From contig CANJVR010000002.1 of NCBI GenBank assembly GCA_947478395.1, forward strand, positions 384,001 through 448,000: a DNA stretch of 64,000 bases. The letters run 5' to 3'. Shown here one piece after another: positions 29,044 to 37,319 of this stretch (the stretch's first letter is position 1; each line of letters starts with the position of its first letter). Both the position numbers and the translations under genes were made by a program. Under the pieces are notes generated by a model. The model saw only the letters and a list, made by a program, of their open reading frames with translations, ran no database searches and was not told the DNA's origin. The stretch comes from Opitutia bacterium (GTDB lineage Bacteria; Verrucomicrobiota; Verrucomicrobiia; Opitutales; Opitutaceae).

Positions 29044-29898
29044 TCAAATCAGGCTCCAGTCGCGCAGGATTTTATCGGCGGTGGCTTCCGGCGTTTCGAA
29101 ATCTGCGCCAGTCAAAGGCACCGTGCGCAGGCCGGTTTTCTCGTGGAAAAAATACAGGGAGTCGGAAATCGCATGCGCCGCAAACGCGGTGTGGCAACCA
29201 GCACCGAGCGCGGATTGAAAGGCGCGCTCAAGCCGCAGCGCGACTGCGGTCAGCGCATCAAAATGTGAGGAAAACCTGCCCGCATCGGCCGCACGGCATT
29301 GAATTGCGACCGCGCCTTGTCCGACCGCCGGCACCATCTCACCGAAGCCGAGCGGATGAAAATCGAGGCCGGGCCACTCTTCGATCCCGAGCCTCGTGAG
29401 TCCGGCCGCAGCCAGAATCGTCCCGTCCGCCACATGTTGCTCCGCGATTTTGCGCAGGCGGGTATCCACGTTGCCGCGGATCTCGGAGAACTCCACGCCC
29501 GGAAACAGCATCTTGATTTGCATCCGCCGGCGCGGGCTGCCGGTCGCGAGCGTTTTCGGTTCTCCGATTCCGGAGCGCAGCACGAGCACATCGCGCGGAT
29601 CGGCCCTTGGCAGGTAACCGGCAATGGTCAGCCCCGCGGGCATGTCGCCCGGCAAATCTTTCGAGCTATGGACGGCGACGTCCGCCTCGCCCCGATGCAG
29701 TGCGGCCTCAAGTTCGCTCGTGAAAAGACCTTTGCCGCCTTTTTTCTCGAGCGACCATTCGAGCTGGGCATCGCCGGTGGTGACGATTTTCAGGAGCTCG
29801 GTTTCAACGCCGAGTGCCGAGCGCAAATGCGCGGCCACCATCTCCGTCTGCGCAAGCGCGAGCGGACTTTTACGGGTGGCGAGGATCAGTTTTTTCAA
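29044..29898 (-). CDS. hemC: Hydroxymethylbilane synthase
   Basis: ATRKSPLALAQ, GKGLFT, VHSSKD, TGSPRR, IRGNVDTRL, PAVGQG, GC cofactor Cys; TTG start. Confidence 0.96.
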   Translation of the reverse strand: MKKLILATRKSPLALAQTEMVAAHLRSALGVETELLKIVTTGDAQLEWSLEKKGGKGLFTSELEAALHRGEADVAVHSSKDLPGDMPAGLTIAGYLPRADPRDVLVLRSGIGEPKTLATGSPRRRMQIKMLFPGVEFSEIRGNVDTRLRKIAEQHVADGTILAAAGLTRLGIEEWPGLDFHPLGFGEMVPAVGQGAVAIQCRAADAGRFSSHFDALTAVALRLERAFQSALGAGCHTAFAAHAISDSLYFFHEKTGLRTVPLTGADFETPEATADKILRDWSLI

Positions 29899-29948
29899 AG
29901 TAACGAAGAACCCGAAAATCTGCCGACGATCAAAGCAAGGGACGTTTA

Positions 29949-30001
29949 GTAGGCCAGCTCGCTCACGAGCGCTCGAAGCGTCTAGGAGCGGACTGGCCTA
30001 C
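29949..30001. repeat. GTAG REP-like palindrome between ilvC and hemC
   Basis: GTAGGCCAG...CTGGCCTAC. Confidence 0.65.
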
Positions 30002-30011
30002 AAACTGACGA

Positions 30012-31037
30012 TCAATACGAAGCCTGAACGCCCTTGAGATTCTTCTTCGCCATCCAGGGCATCATGCTGCGGAGATAAACACCGGTCTTCTCGATGGGGT
30101 GCTTCTCTCCCTTTTTGATGAGCGCGTTGTAGTTCTTGAGTCCGCCTTTATATTCTTTGACCCACTCTTTGGTGAACTGGCCGGATTGGATCTCTTTCAA
30201 GATCTTCTTCATTTCGGCTTTGGTCTTTTTGTTCACGACGCGCGGACCGCGCGTGATGTCGCCGTATTTGGCCGTTTCGGAAATCGAGAAACGCATGCCC
30301 GCGATACCGGACTCGTACATCAAGTCACAGATGAGCTTCAACTCATGGAGACACTCGAAGTAAGCCATCTCGGGCTGGTAACCAGCCTCGACCAGCGTCT
30401 CAAATCCCGCCTGAACGAGGGCGCTGGCGCCGCCGCAGAGCACGGCCTGTTCGCCGAAAAGATCGGTCTCGGTCTCTTCTTTGAAGGAAGTCTGGAGGAC
30501 GCCGGCGCGGGTCGAGCCGATGCCCTTGGCCCAGGCGAGCGCGGTCTTCTTGGCGGTCTTGGATTTATCCTGCGCGACGGCGATGAGGGCCGGCATACCT
30601 TTGCCCTCGGCGTAGAGGCGGCGGACCATGTGGCCCGGGCCTTTTGGAGCCACCATGATACAGTCGATGTCCTTGTGCAGCTTGATCAGGCCGAAGTGAA
30701 CCGAGAGACCGTGCGAGAAAATGAGCGTTTTGCCCTTGGCGAGATTCGGGAGGATATCGGAAAGATAAACGTCGGCCTGTTTCATGTCGGGCAAGCCGAC
30801 CATGATGACATCGGCGCGGCGGACGGCCTCCGCGGTGTCGAGGACCTCGAAGCCGTGCTGTTTGGCGACGGCCCTGGACTTAGAGCCAGGATAGAGGCCG
30901 ATGACGACCTTACAGCCGCTGTCCTTGAGGTTGAGCGCATGGGCGTGGCCCTGCGAACCGTAGCCGAGGACGGCGAGCGTTTTATTTTTGAACACGCCGA
31001 GATCGGCGTCTTTGTCGGTGTAGACTTTGGCGGGCAT
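30012..31037 (-). CDS. ilvC: Ketol-acid reductoisomerase
   Basis: [45 protein letters not shown]. Confidence 0.98.
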   Translation of the reverse strand: MPAKVYTDKDADLGVFKNKTLAVLGYGSQGHAHALNLKDSGCKVVIGLYPGSKSRAVAKQHGFEVLDTAEAVRRADVIMVGLPDMKQADVYLSDILPNLAKGKTLIFSHGLSVHFGLIKLHKDIDCIMVAPKGPGHMVRRLYAEGKGMPALIAVAQDKSKTAKKTALAWAKGIGSTRAGVLQTSFKEETETDLFGEQAVLCGGASALVQAGFETLVEAGYQPEMAYFECLHELKLICDLMYESGIAGMRFSISETAKYGDITRGPRVVNKKTKAEMKKILKEIQSGQFTKEWVKEYKGGLKNYNALIKKGEKHPIEKTGVYLRSMMPWMAKKNLKGVQASY

Positions 31038-31049
31038 GGTTGAAAAATT

Positions 31050-31080
31050 GTTTTTGGGTTTTGAGTTTTGGGTTTTGAGT
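31050..31080. repeat. Heptamer tandem repeat (GTTTTGR)x4
   Basis: GTTTTTGG GTTTTGA GTTTTGG GTTTTGA GT between ilvN and ilvC. Confidence 0.65.
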
Positions 31081-31093
31081 AAAAACAGCGGGC

Positions 31094-31564
31094 TCAGCGT
31101 TTAAGAGCGAGCTGGCCGGTACGGGCGAGTTCGACGATGCCGAAAGGTTCGAGCAGGCCGAGGAACGCGTTGATTTTCCCTTCATCGCCCGTGACCTCGA
31201 TGATGAGCGTATCGGCCGTCAGATTAACGATTTTGGCGCGGAAGACGCCGGCGATCTGCAGTAGTTCGGCGCGGGTGCGGGAGTCCGCGCGGACCTTGAT
31301 GAGAACGAGTTCACGGGCGACGGCCTGCCCTTCGCTGAAATCGGCGACCTCCACCACATTGACCAGTTTGCGCAGCTGCTTCGTGCAGAGACTGAGCGCG
31401 GATTCGTCGCCTTTCAGTACGATGGTGATGCGGGACAGCGAGGCGTCGTGCGTCGGGGCGACGTTGAGCGAATCAATGTTGAAACCACGGCCGGAGATAA
31501 GCCCGGTGACGCGGGCAAGGACGCCGAACGTGTTCTCAACGAGGACGGAGATCGTGTGTCGCAT
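31094..31564 (-). CDS. ilvN: Acetolactate synthase regulatory (small) subunit
   Basis: [18 protein letters not shown]...[11 protein letters not shown] domain, [14 protein letters not shown]. Confidence 0.96.
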   Translation of the reverse strand: MRHTISVLVENTFGVLARVTGLISGRGFNIDSLNVAPTHDASLSRITIVLKGDESALSLCTKQLRKLVNVVEVADFSEGQAVARELVLIKVRADSRTRAELLQIAGVFRAKIVNLTADTLIIEVTGDEGKINAFLGLLEPFGIVELARTGQLALKR

Positions 31565-31599
31565 GGGAGGTTAGGTTGAAAATGAAAAGAGACTGCTGG

Positions 31600-31676
31600 T
31601 GGTGGACGCTGAGGGACTCGAACCCCCGACACCCTCGGTGTAAGCGAGGTGCTCTAACCAACTGAGCTAAGCGTCC
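31600..31676 (-). tRNA. tRNA-Val (anticodon TAC)
   Basis: Reverse complement GGACGCTTAGCTCAGTTGGTTAGAGCACCTCGCTTACACCGAGGGTGTCGGGGGTTCGAGTCCCTCAGCGTCCACCA. Confidence 0.97.
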
Positions 31677-31741
31677 GAACCAAAGGGCGAGCAAAGCGGG
31701 CAGGCGGCGGGGGTGACAAGGAATTATTCGAAGTCGGCAAA

Positions 31742-31840
31742 GTAGGCGGATTATCCCTGATTCGCTTGGTTCGGGTTTCCGCGATGAAATGGCCGCGAGA
31801 AACGGACTTGAAAAGGCACATTAGGAATAACGCACCCTAC
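31742..31840. repeat. Degenerate GTAG REP doublet (same family as 33481-33571)
   Basis: GTAGGCGGATTATCCCTGA...TTAGGAATAACGCACCCTAC. Confidence 0.7.
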
Positions 31841-31842
31841 CT

Positions 31843-32892
31843 TCAGCGCGCGGTCAGCGCCGACTTGGGTTTGAGCCAGCCTTCGCGCGCCATGAGCTCG
31901 GCGTTTTGGAGCGCGTTGAGCGCGGCGCCCTTCCAGAGATTGTCGCCGCTCACCCAAAGGGCGAGGCCGTTGTCCAAGGCCGTGTCGATCCGGATGCGGC
32001 CAACACCGCACTTCACCTGGCGCGTGAAATCGAGCGGAGTGGGATAAAGCTGCTGCGCCGGATCGTCCACGAGTTGCGCGCCCGAAAAGGCCGCGATGGC
32101 CGCCCGCGCGGCCTCGACGGAAACGGGCCGCTCGAACTCGGCATTGATGGCCACCGAGTGCGCCTGCACCACGGGGACGCGCACGCACGTCGCGGAAATC
32201 TTCAGGTCGGCCAGCCCCATGATCTTGCGGCTCTCCTGCTGCATCTTTGTCTCCTCGCCCGTGTATCCGTTGGGGCCGAAGGTATCGACCTGCGGGATGA
32301 CGTTGAAGGCGATCTGGTACGGATAAATTTTGCGCAACAACGGCGTGCCCTTCACGTGTGCCTGCACCTGCGCCTCGAGTTCTTCGACGGCATCCGTGCC
32401 CGTGCCGGAAACGGATTGATACGTCGCGGCAAAATAACGCTTCAGACCAAATGCGCGATGCAGCGGCCACAGCGCCATCAACGTGACTGCGGTGGAGCAA
32501 TTCGGATTCGCGATAATGCCCTGGTGTGTGCGCAGCGCCTCGGGATTAATCTCGGGAATGACGAGCGGCACCGCCGGGTCCATGCGATAGGCCGAGCTCT
32601 TGTCGATGACGAGACAGCCGGCCTTGACCGCGTCCGGGGCGAGTGCGCGGGTGATCGCGCCGTCGGTGGCGAAGAAAGCGACATCAACGTCAGCGAACAC
32701 GCCGGGCCGCGCCTCTTCCACGGTATATTTGCGGCCTGCGCACTCCACGATTTTACCGACCGAGCGCGCCGAGGCAAAGAGCCGCAGCGTGGCGATCGGA
32801 AAATTCCGGGCGTGCAAGAGTGACAGCAACTCTTGACCGACGGCACCCGTGGCGCCGACGATACCGACTGTGAAGGAAGGCTTTTTATCCAT
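31843..32892 (-). CDS. asd: Aspartate-semialdehyde dehydrogenase
   Basis: GIVGATGAVG, IIANPNCST, TYQSVSG, SATCVRVPV..AHS, DNLWKGAALNA. Confidence 0.97.
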   Translation of the reverse strand: MDKKPSFTVGIVGATGAVGQELLSLLHARNFPIATLRLFASARSVGKIVECAGRKYTVEEARPGVFADVDVAFFATDGAITRALAPDAVKAGCLVIDKSSAYRMDPAVPLVIPEINPEALRTHQGIIANPNCSTAVTLMALWPLHRAFGLKRYFAATYQSVSGTGTDAVEELEAQVQAHVKGTPLLRKIYPYQIAFNVIPQVDTFGPNGYTGEETKMQQESRKIMGLADLKISATCVRVPVVQAHSVAINAEFERPVSVEAARAAIAAFSGAQLVDDPAQQLYPTPLDFTRQVKCGVGRIRIDTALDNGLALWVSGDNLWKGAALNALQNAELMAREGWLKPKSALTAR

Positions 32893-33427
32893 GGAAACGA
32901 ATTGGGAGTTGTTCACGAAAACGTGTTCCCTTCTCGGCATCAAGCCCACAGAGCGAGTTCTGCTCGTGAGCATCGGCACCGCGACGCTGCAATTCTATCG
33001 GCACAGTGCGCTCGTGAAGAGCTACGGTATCTCCACGTCCCGCCGTCCGCCGTCCAACGTGAAAAACTCCCTCGGCACGCCGCGTGGCCTGCACGAAATC
33101 GCCGAGCGCATCGGCGCAGGTCAACCGCCGGGCATGGTGTTCAAATCCCGCGTGCCCACCGGTCGGCACTTCAACGAATTTCCCGACGCCGCTTCCGCCG
33201 ACAATCTCATCACGAGCCGCATCCTCTGGCTGCGCGGACTCGAGCCGGACGTGAACCGCGGCGGCGAGGTCGATAGCTATGAGCGCTACATTTACCTCCA
33301 CGGCACCAATCATGAAGCCCGGCTGGGCGAGCCGCTGAGCGCCGGCTGCGTGCTGCTGCGCAATCTCGATATCGTCGAGCTCTACGACGAAGTCCGCGCC
33401 GGCGACCAAGTGTTGATCGCGGACTGA
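32891..33427 (+). CDS. L,D-transpeptidase (YkuD family)
   Basis: GTPRGLH, ITSRILWL, YIYLHGT...PLSAGCV catalytic His/Cys; no obvious signal peptide. Confidence 0.9.
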   Translation: METNWELFTKTCSLLGIKPTERVLLVSIGTATLQFYRHSALVKSYGISTSRRPPSNVKNSLGTPRGLHEIAERIGAGQPPGMVFKSRVPTGRHFNEFPDAASADNLITSRILWLRGLEPDVNRGGEVDSYERYIYLHGTNHEARLGEPLSAGCVLLRNLDIVELYDEVRAGDQVLIAD

Positions 33428-33480
33428 GGCCGAAAATGGAGAAATCCCTGAGATGGCGTCGAAAAAGCATCGGTCTGAAG

Positions 33481-33571
33481 GTAGGGCGGGTTATATCCCT
33501 AACCCGCCGCTGCGACTCGGCTCACAGAGAGAGCAACACTGAACCGGCGCGTTAGGGATAACGCGCCCTAC
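33481..33571. repeat. GTAG REP doublet
   Basis: GTAGGGCGGGTTATATCCCTAACCCGCC...GGCGCGTTAGGGATAACGCGCCCTAC. Confidence 0.8.
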
Positions 33572-33649
33572 CCTTTTTAGCCGAGCTCTGAAACGTTTTC
33601 CCAATAATTCTCCTCCTTCAAAGTCGCATCGCTTCCCCATTTTCCGCCC

Positions 33650-34060
33650 ATGCCTTTCTCCTATCATCGCACGATTCACTTTGCCGACACCGACGCGGCC
33701 GGCGTGGTGTTTTTCGCCAACTACCTCGCGCTGTGCCACGAAGCTTACGAGGAGTCGCTCGCCGCCACCGGCATCAACATCGCCCGCTTTTTTTCTGATC
33801 ACGGCATCATCATTCCAATCGCGCGTAGCACGGCGGATTATCTTCGTCCCATGATGTGCGGCGAAAAAATCCGCGTCACGATCACGCCGGTCGTGCTCTC
33901 CGAAAACAGTTTCGCCCTCGATTGCACGATCGCAAAGCTCGGCCCGCCGGAAAAAATCGCGGCCCGTATCCGCACCGAACACGTCTGCATCGCATCGGCC
34001 ACACGCACCCGAATCGCCTTCCCGGCTGCGCTCGCCGACTGGATTAAGGCCGCCGGATAA
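33650..34060 (+). CDS. Hotdog thioesterase, probable 1,4-dihydroxy-2-naphthoyl-CoA hydrolase (cyanobacterial type)
   Basis: RTIHFADTDAAGVVFFAN...CHEAYEESL; menC/menE nearby. Confidence 0.75.
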   Translation: MPFSYHRTIHFADTDAAGVVFFANYLALCHEAYEESLAATGINIARFFSDHGIIIPIARSTADYLRPMMCGEKIRVTITPVVLSENSFALDCTIAKLGPPEKIAARIRTEHVCIASATRTRIAFPAALADWIKAAG

Positions 34061-34143
34061 CACGCCCTGGCGCGGGTTTTAGCCTGCGTTTCGGGATGCA
34101 ACCGCAGGCTCAAGCGGTTTCAGTTTTTCGATGGGCGTTTGGG

Positions 34144-34173
34144 GTCGCGGCAGGCGTCCCTGCCGGCCGCGAC
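34144..34173. repeat. Collapsed REP palindrome (21833 family)
   Basis: GTCGCGGCAGGCGTCCCTGCCGGCCGCGAC, with shared flanks GGTTTTAGCCT and GGCTACGC. Confidence 0.55.
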
Positions 34174-34300
34174 GTTGGGTGTGGCTACGCTTTGGGTTGA
34201 ACCACTCTCGAAGCATCACGCGCCGCCATCGGTCGAGCCGGAGGACACGGGTCAGCCGGGGAAATAAAAATTAAACCAAGGCTTGATCTCACCGCGCGAC

Positions 34301-34334
34301 CCACTCAGTTGAGTGGCGTTCAACTGAACGCCAC
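34301..34334. promoter_or_regulatory. Putative LexA operator region
   Basis: CGTTC-AACT-GAACG (34317-34330), inside palindrome GTGGCGTTCAACTGAACGCCAC ending 2 nt before the lexA ATG, plus overlapping CCACTCAGTTGAGTGG. Confidence 0.75.
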
Positions 34335-34336
34335 CC

Positions 34337-34945
34337 ATGCTCACCGAACGCCAAGATCAAATCCTCGATTTTGTTAAGCAACATCAACGCAGCAACGCCG
34401 TGCCGCCCTCGACCCGCGAGATTGGGCGACAGCTCAGCGCCAGCCAGGCCACGGTGATGGGTCACCTCCGCGCCCTCGCGAAAAAAGGGCAGCTGGAGAA
34501 ACTGGCCGACGGCAAATGGGGCCTCAAAGCCGCCGGGGTGCAGACGCATTTGTTCGAGGCTTCAATTTATGGCACCATCCCCGCCGGCCTGCCCGCCATG
34601 CAGGAACAAACGCCAGATGAAACGATCGTCGTCGATCCTGCGCTTTTTGGCGTGCGCCGCGCCCGGGCTAATTATTTTTGGTTTCTGCGGGTGCGCGGCG
34701 ATTCCATGACGGGCGCCAACATCCTCGATGGCGATCTCGTCGCTCTGGAGCGCCGCGAGCCAAAACCAGGCGACATCATCGCGGCCCTCGTGGACGAAAC
34801 CGACACGACGCTCAAGCGCCTCGTCCGCGAGCACGGCCGACTTTTATTGCGCGCCGAAAACCGGAGCTACGCCGACATCGTGCCGACCCGAGGCCTGGAA
34901 TCCCAGGGCGTGTTTGTCGGCCTGATCCGCAAAGCCTCCAACTGA
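34337..34945 (+). CDS. lexA: SOS repressor LexA
   Basis: LTERQ...PPSTREI wHTH, IPAG cleavage site, GDSM Ser, TLKR Lys. Confidence 0.95.
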   Translation: MLTERQDQILDFVKQHQRSNAVPPSTREIGRQLSASQATVMGHLRALAKKGQLEKLADGKWGLKAAGVQTHLFEASIYGTIPAGLPAMQEQTPDETIVVDPALFGVRRARANYFWFLRVRGDSMTGANILDGDLVALERREPKPGDIIAALVDETDTTLKRLVREHGRLLLRAENRSYADIVPTRGLESQGVFVGLIRKASN

Positions 34946-35021
34946 TTTTCAGCCCGGCGGCTCACTCCCAAATTTTGTTCTGAACGCATGAAGATCCTCT
35001 TCGCGCTGCGCCCTTCCGACC

Positions 35022-35681
35022 TTGTCCGCGTCCGCCTCCAGTTCTGCCCTCGCCTCGCTTCGCCAACTCCTGAGCGCACGTTTTCCGCAGGCGGCGAGGC
35101 CTCCCTCCTCTACTCTGCCAACCGGCATCGCGGGCCTCGATGAAGCGACCCAGGGCGGCTTGCCGCGCCACGCCCTGACCGAGTTGGTCTGCTCCGTTCC
35201 CAGTTGTGGCGGAGAACTTTTCCTCGGCCAGCTCCTGCACGCGGTGCGCGACAGCGCTGGACGCGTCGCCTTGATCGATACCTCCGACAGCTTCGACCCC
35301 GGTTCGTGGCCGGCCGACGATCTCCGCTGCCTCGTGTGGTTGCGCTGCCGCCAAATCGCTGAGGCCCTGGCGGTCGCCGATCTTTGCGCGCGCGACGCCA
35401 ATCTTGAACTCGTCATCTTCGATCTTCGCCGGGCCGCGGCCAGCGACCTGCGCCGCATCGCGTCGCGCACGTGGTATCGTCTGCAACGCGCCGCCGAGCA
35501 GACCAACGCCGCTTTTGTCGCGTTCACCTCGACGGCTACGGTGCCCAGCGCGCAGCTCCGCCTTACGCTCAACCGTTCCCTCGATTTTGCCGCGCTCTCC
35601 ACGGCCCGACCGGCGCTCACGACGGCGCTCACGATCACAGTTCAGCGTCAGCGTACCGTCTCAATCCATGCGACTGCTTAA
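35022..35681 (+). CDS. imuA: ImuA-like inactive RecA-family protein
   Basis: LPTGIAGLD...GGLPR..LTEL, degenerate Walker A, ALIDTSDSFDP; lies between lexA and imuB; TTG start uncertain. Confidence 0.8.
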   Translation: MSASASSSALASLRQLLSARFPQAARPPSSTLPTGIAGLDEATQGGLPRHALTELVCSVPSCGGELFLGQLLHAVRDSAGRVALIDTSDSFDPGSWPADDLRCLVWLRCRQIAEALAVADLCARDANLELVIFDLRRAAASDLRRIASRTWYRLQRAAEQTNAAFVAFTSTATVPSAQLRLTLNRSLDFAALSTARPALTTALTITVQRQRTVSIHATA

Positions 35682-35696
35682 CGCCGTCCGCGCGCC

Positions 35697-37154
35697 ATGT
35701 TTGCCGTCCTGCACCTCGCTGATTTCGCCCTGCAGGCGGTGCTGCGCACCGATCCAGCCGATGCTCACCGGCCGGCCGCGCTCTTCGCGAGCACCACTAA
35801 AAAATCCGTGGTTTTAGCGCTGAACTCCCGCGCTCGCGCCGCCGGCGTGGAGCTGCGCATGACCGCGCCTCAAGCCGTCGCCCGTTGCCCTTCGCTTCTC
35901 ATCCGTACCGTACAAGCGGCCGCCGAAGCCGAAGCCCGCGGCACACTGCTCGCCATCGGGTTCACGCTTTCGCCGCGCGTCGAAGACACCGCTCCGGGAA
36001 TTTGCAGCGTCGATCTCCAAGGCTGCGATCCGGCGAAAATCTATTCCGCCGCCACGAGTGCCGTCGCCGCCTTAACCCGCCTCGGCTTGCCTGCAACCTG
36101 CGGCCTCGCGGCCACGCCGTTGCTCGCACTCTACGCCGCCCGCGCCGCGAAAAACGTTCTCCGGGTCGAAGAACCCGCAGCTTTTCTCGCTCCGCTGCCA
36201 CTCATAATGGCCGATCCGTCAGCGGAACTCGCCAACGTGCTCGCGCATTGGGGCCTGCGTACGATCGGCGACTTCATCACGCTGCCCCGCGACGAAATCG
36301 TCCGCCGTTTCGGCGCCGATGGCCTTGCCCTGTGGCATCGCGCCAGCGGCGGCGCACCCCGGCCCCTGCGTCCCGTCGCACTCCCTCGCAACTTTTCGGC
36401 CGAAATGGAATTCGCCGACGCGCTCGAAACGCTCGAGCCGCTTCTCTTCGTCGCGCGCCGTCTTCTTGATCGTCTCACGCTGGAATTGAACGCCGCTCAA
36501 CTCGCCACCGCCGAAGTCGAACTGACGTTGTTTCTCGAGGACGAGACCAGGCACGCGCGCACCTTCCGCCTGCCCGAGCCCACCGCCGATCCCGAGATTC
36601 TTTTTCGCCCACTGCACACGCACCTGGAATCGCTGCAAACCGCGACCGCCATCTCCGCGCTTTCGCTTCGTCTCGTGCCGACGCGGCCGCTGGTCCGCCA
36701 GCAAGCCCTCTTTGAAAGCGGCCTGCGCGACGCTCATGGCTTTGCCGAGACCCTCGCGCGCGCCATGGCAATCATCAGCTCCGACCGCGTCGGCACGCCG
36801 CAATGCGATGACACCCATCGCGCCGACGCCGTGACACTGACCACGCCCGCCGTCGTGATCGCGGCGCCCGCCGCCGCTCCGCTCCATCCCGACGTGGGAC
36901 TCCCGCTGCGACGTTATCGTCCGCCGCTTCCGGTGCGGCTCGAGTTCACGGCCGGACGTCCCACGTATCTTTGGACCGAAGCCTTCCACGGCGAAATCGT
37001 GCGTCACGTCGGTCCTTGGCCGAGCAGTGGCGACTGGTGGCAAAACGACCGCGCGTGGCAACGCCAGGATTGGGACATCGCTCTCGCCGCGGGCGGCCTC
37101 TACCGCCTGCTCCTGATCGGCGACGCCTACTTCATCGAAGGCGAGTACGATTAA
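35697..37154 (+). CDS. imuB: ImuB inactive Y-family polymerase
   Basis: ARAAGV...MT..QA.ARCP, no catalytic Asp set, QQALF clamp-binding motif (36699-36713), GPW..SGDWW C-terminal domain. Confidence 0.9.
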   Translation: MFAVLHLADFALQAVLRTDPADAHRPAALFASTTKKSVVLALNSRARAAGVELRMTAPQAVARCPSLLIRTVQAAAEAEARGTLLAIGFTLSPRVEDTAPGICSVDLQGCDPAKIYSAATSAVAALTRLGLPATCGLAATPLLALYAARAAKNVLRVEEPAAFLAPLPLIMADPSAELANVLAHWGLRTIGDFITLPRDEIVRRFGADGLALWHRASGGAPRPLRPVALPRNFSAEMEFADALETLEPLLFVARRLLDRLTLELNAAQLATAEVELTLFLEDETRHARTFRLPEPTADPEILFRPLHTHLESLQTATAISALSLRLVPTRPLVRQQALFESGLRDAHGFAETLARAMAIISSDRVGTPQCDDTHRADAVTLTTPAVVIAAPAAAPLHPDVGLPLRRYRPPLPVRLEFTAGRPTYLWTEAFHGEIVRHVGPWPSSGDWWQNDRAWQRQDWDIALAAGGLYRLLLIGDAYFIEGEYD

Positions 37155-37165
37155 GATGAATTCTG

Positions 37166-37288
37166 GATTTGAGATTTACGATTTACGAATCGCGAAGCCC
37201 CGAAATCCATGTGGGCGGGGTGCTATCACCCCGCTTCGCGTCGCCGATGAAGTGGCGGCCATGCGGGGCGAGCGCACTCCGCCCACAT
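37166..37288. repeat. Heptamer repeat (GATTTAC-like) plus GTGG REP doublet inside the imuB-dnaE2 spacer
   Basis: GATTTGA GATTTAC GATTTAC GAAT; ATGTGGGCGGGGTGCT...AGCGCACTCCGCCCACAT (37209-37288). Confidence 0.7.
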
Positions 37289-37319
37289 TTCGATTCTGAA
37301 ATTGCGCCTGCTCTTCGCG

